Program-made: the position numbers and the translations under genes | In this document: positions 60,213 to 64,000 of the stretch, piece after piece | How positions within the stretch are numbered: position 1 is the first letter of the stretch | How the letters are laid out: every line of letters starts with the position of its first letter | NCBI GenBank assembly: GCA_004431415.1 | Contig: QPMI01000572.1 | Location: 248,001-312,000, forward strand | DNA from: Cyanophora paradoxa CCMP329 | Taxonomy: Eukaryota > Plantae > Glaucophyta | Direction: 5' to 3' | Length of the DNA stretch: 64,000 nt | The notes under the pieces: model-generated | Databases searched by the model: none | What the model was told of the DNA's origin: nothing | What the model saw: the letters and a program-made list of their open reading frames with translations, nothing else

Positions 60213-61545
60213 ATGGATGAATGCTGCGAAGATCGCTCACACCGCCGCGGCCGGGCCGATTCCAGCAAGCGCGATATCGATGTGCATGTTGCGCGACTGG
60301 CATTCTTGCCGGAGCTCAACGAAGCGCATCTCCCAAGTGCGATAGCAGCCGTGATGATCATGAGCTGCAGCGGCGGCACGGCGCAGGCCGCGCAGGCTGC
60401 GGCGCAGCACCCTTTCTGGTACCGTTCAAGCCCGGGGCCGGAGGGTCTGGCTCCACACCCAGGCGCAATTGCGGAGCGCGATGAGCAGCCTACCCCAATG
60501 GATATCGACCCTCCAATTGCACGACCGTGCGCAATCGAGTCCGGAGCCCTGGGCCAGTTTTGACTTTCTTGGATGCGCAGGGCCGCGCCGGCGATATCTG
60601 TACATGTGGACGCCGTGCCCGCATCCCAAGCGACCGCAGGGAACGTCCACGCTCACATCCGGCCTGTCAGCCCAGCCTTCCGCGACCGCTCCGCCTCTGC
60701 CCCGGCCGCGCCAGCGGACCCCCCTCCAGCTTCCCTCCACGTGCACCCTGTTCCCGCGCCGGCGTCGCCCGGGCATCCGGGGTACCGGAGTTCCTCCCTC
60801 CCCAGCCTGCCACAGCCGCCGCCGGGCGGCGCCGCCCCTTCCTCACAGGGCACCGGCGGGCCCGACCGCCCTGCTTCGGGCCCCCTTCCGTCGGTATGAA
60901 TAAAAATTCGAAAAGATCACATACAATTCGAAGGGTCGCTGACTGGTTCGCCAGGCCTCGGTGCTGATAACGTTCGCGGGCTCGATGGCCGCTGCGAAGC
61001 CGCCCTCGCCCGGCCTCGCCGGCCTCGCACCGGCCTCCCCGCCCTACCGCGGCTCGCCCCGCCTCCCCGGGGCCCCCTCGCTCTCCGACCCGCGCCTCTA
61101 CTCCCTCGTCTCGGACCCGCAGGGCGCGGCCGCCGCGAACGAGGCCCTCTTCTACGGGCGCCGCGCCTCCGCCAGCGTGGCCGGCGGGGACCCCGGCCCC
61201 GACCACGGCTTCCCGGGCGCCTGCAACCCCTGGGAGGGCAGCGGGGGCGGCCTCGCGCCCCTGTGCCTGCCCCCGCCCGCCGCCGCCGCCTCGGGCTCGT
61301 CGGCTCGAGCTCCGGATCAACCGGCGGCCCCGCCGGCCGCCCGAGCGCCGGCGGGGCAGAGCGCGGGGCCCCCAGCAGGACCCAGCGGCGCCGGCCCCAC
61401 GCAGCGCTCTTCTTCCCTAAGCGTCCCATCGCCCGTCTACCACACGGCACGACCCCGCTCCTTCTCCACAGTGACCCCCTCCGCCTCCGCCGGCCCCGGG
61501 CTCAACGGCCAGGGGCCCGACCCCGGAGGGTGTGCGCTGCAGTGA
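60213..61545 (+). CDS. Hypothetical Pro/Ala/Ser-rich protein (3 putative exons)
   Basis: ORF segments 60213-60563, 60573-60899 and 60961-61545 can be joined by plausible introns (e.g. gtatga...cgccag 60894-60954). GC3-rich codons in the last exon; no recognisable domain. Confidence 0.4.
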
Positions 61546-62501
61546 GACGCAAGCGTTGTTAATTACGCTTTCGCTCGCACCCGCTGAGCGAGCTCTTTCA
61601 AGCCTTCGTTTGCTCACGCAGCAACGTCGAAGTAGATGTACGTTTAATAGGAACCTGTTGTACACATGTCCCCGACTCCAGTAGCACGCGTCTTCTTTTC
61701 TGCTTTGGAGTGCGAGATATATGAAGTGCTTGTTTTTGATATTGCCTGTGCCCGTAAGGTAGCTCGCCGAGTTCGATAGTATGATTCTTGCGAGTGCCGA
61801 GCCTCAGAGTGACTATAAATCTTTGATTTACTATGAGCCACGCGCGCCGTCGGTCCTATTCACTGCCCTGAGTATTACTTAGTTGCATAAGCTTAAGTAT
61901 GTATTTAGAGTTCGAAAAGCAGTATCGATATTTACATCGCAGTGTCAGCAGCTACTTATACGTACAGTGACCATGCTTCGGTCTTTTTTCAATTCGTACC
62001 CGTCTTCATATAGTTAGTCGAAGGACCACCTGATCGTATCTGCCACTTGTATCGCCGATCGCAATCGCTTTCCCTCTCCAAGTTCGTACTTGTCAATTGC
62101 CAACCATAGTGTGTGCGTGCAGTGTACATGTGTGCGTGATCCGCGCATATATATGCATGCCATGATAGCCGCAGCAAATTCAGACGTATAACAGCATGTA
62201 CAGCATGCGCATGCACTGCGGCAAATGCATCATGGCCCTGTCAGCGGGCTGGGTCGAGCTCAGAATCCGAATTCGAAGGCTGGCATTGCAATTGATATCG
62301 GCATCCCATATATATATTAAATCCATCGCAACCACAGCGCTAGCTCGAGCTAATAAACAGCGGCTCCGCCGAAGCAGCAGAAAGATTAAGAAGAGAAGGA
62401 CAGGTGGGATCCGGACGGTGTCGGCGTCGGCGTCGGCGGGGCTCTCGGCGGCCCGGCCGCGGCCGAGGCCAGAGCTCGAGGCCGGAGGCTCGGAGCGGCC
62501 C

Positions 62502-64000
62502 TCAGGAGAGGCGGCCCCCGCGCTCGAGCACGTACGCTTTCCACCTCTGCGGGGGGCCTCGTCGGCGCGCGGCCCCGGCGGGGAAAGGCGGGTACAGGCT
62601 GTGCGGCGAGCCCGCACCGAGTGGTCGACCTCGCCCAGGTTCTCGTTCGCCTTGGCCACCATCAGCAGGTACTGCGGGGGTTCGTGAATGGGGCAGAGAG
62701 GGTGGGGGTGGGGGGTGGGGGGGGGGGCGGGGGGGGGGGGGCGTAGGGGGGGTAAGAACCTGGCCGAGGTACAGCAGCTCGCGGTCGGTCTGGCCCATGA
62801 CGCGCGCGTTCTTGAAGGCCGCGATCTTGAGCCCGTTCTTCGGGTTCTGGGGGGAGAGGGTGAGGAAAAAGGGGTACGTCGCATCGGAGGGGTTCGAAAA
62901 GAGGGGGGTACGAGGCGCGCACCATGGCGAAGTTGCGCGAGAGGTCGTCCACGTGGACGGTGTTCTTCGCGTTCCAGCGGTCTGTGAACTTGGCCCAGAT
63001 GAGCTCCAGCGGCTTCACCTGTACCCAGGTGAGCGACTCGGGGGTGCGCAGCGCCGGGGGGTACAACGCGCGCGCCTCGTGCGTCCTGTGCTTGCTCTCC
63101 ACGCTGAACATGGAGGTGCGGTCCAGGACTGATGGGGGTGTGAAGGTTAGGGGCGGCAGGGGGGCCGGAGGGCGCCCTGCGGGGGTACCGAAGCAGATGT
63201 GGAACGCCTCGCTCGTCAGCATACCCAGCTCCGTGATCTGAGCGGCATTCGCGCACCCTCCTCCGCATGCGGACCAAGGGGGGGGGGGGGGGGGGAGGGA
63301 TACGGGCCCGCACCTTCATCTCGAGCCACTTCCAAGATGTCTGGGACCAGATCACGATGTCGTACTCCTGCGCCGGCGCCGTGTGTGGTACCCGGCCGCG
63401 TCAGAAGCGGGTGTAGGGGTACGGGATTTGAGCGAGCGCGGAGGCACGCGGACCGTGTAGCAGGCCGCCAGGAAGTCGTCGAGGCCTGCGGGGTACGTGA
63501 GCACTCGGTCGAAGGATGAGAGAGGGGTACGGCGCGGGGCGCACCGGGCCGCTTGAGCTGAGCGATGGTGTCGGCGTTGCCCCTGCGGCGATGCGGAGGG
63601 GCGCTCGGCGGACGGAATGCGAGACGGGCGGGGGGCACAGGGTCGCCCGGGCGCACTTGCAGTCGCTGCGGGCGCGTCAGGGGGCGCGAGGGGCCGAGGG
63701 AGGGGGGGGGTACGCACAAGAGCGTGTAGTCCAGATCGAGCACGAGCAGCTTCTTCCCGTCCCGCGGCGGGTTGATGATCCTGATCTCGGTCTGGGGTAC
63801 GGGTGTCAACGGATGGGCGCGGGGGCGGGACGGGGTACGGACGGTCTCTATCCTGTGCTGCAGCTTCTTCCTGTTTTCGGGCCTCAACCGGACGTCAAGG
63901 TCCAGATCCTGGGTACGAGGATTCAGAAACGGGTGCCGCGCGGAGCCGAGCTTCCGGACCTTCGTCTCGATGTCGAAGTCCACGATGACCTGCGGCGACC
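62502..64000 (-). CDS. UBLCP1: Ubiquitin-like domain-containing CTD phosphatase 1, 3' part; 5' part lies beyond the window end
   Basis: EIRIINPPRDGKKLLVLDLDYTL (DxDxT HAD/NIF motif), LKRP|GLDDFLAACY, YDIVIWSQTSWKWLEMK, ITELG, VKPLELIWAKF, NTVHVDDLSRNFAM|NPKNGLKIAAFK, TDRELLYLGQ|YL...DHS|RWKAY. Confidence 0.92.

Noticed and set aside
1-64000. tRNA, rRNA or snRNA genes
   Set aside because: None recognised by eye; tRNAscan-SE or Infernal would be needed to exclude them.

Overview
GC-rich eukaryotic nuclear DNA with very many short spliceosomal introns (GT-AG and some GC-AG, often with a CTGAC-like branch point). Most ORFs in the supplied track are therefore exon fragments or antisense artefacts, and the gene models below were stitched by eye. 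Gene content (GAF-Cys phytochrome, CFAP52-like WD40 protein) fits a flagellated alga or protist. A glaucophyte such as Cyanophora is a plausible but unverified guess. Left to right: phytochrome (-, runs off the left edge); bestrophin-like channel (+); F-box protein (-); nested TA-flanked MITEs; a ~12 kb lower-GC NLR-like locus with TIR, DUF4062, NACHT/STAND and 16 TPR repeats, each on its own phase-0 exon (+); a ~6.8 kb L1/Tx1-like LINE with poly(A) (+); a hypothetical TPR-like protein (+); a cytoplasmic RLK/Pelle/IRAK-type kinase (-); a tandem cNMP-binding protein (+); a LINE 3' fragment; an SK-type K+ channel (-) head-to-head with the CFAP52-like gene (+); a MITE cluster containing a 1.43 kb tandem duplication; a Pro-rich hypothetical gene (+); UBLCP1 (-, runs off the right edge). 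Two things stand out. First, a candidate modular innate-immune receptor with cassette-like, hypervariable TPR exons, with a Pelle-like kinase ~15 kb away. Second, copy-versus-copy evidence for a pervasive template-switch (snap-back) mutational process that fills non-coding DNA with micro-palindromes and also marks the junction of the tandem duplication.
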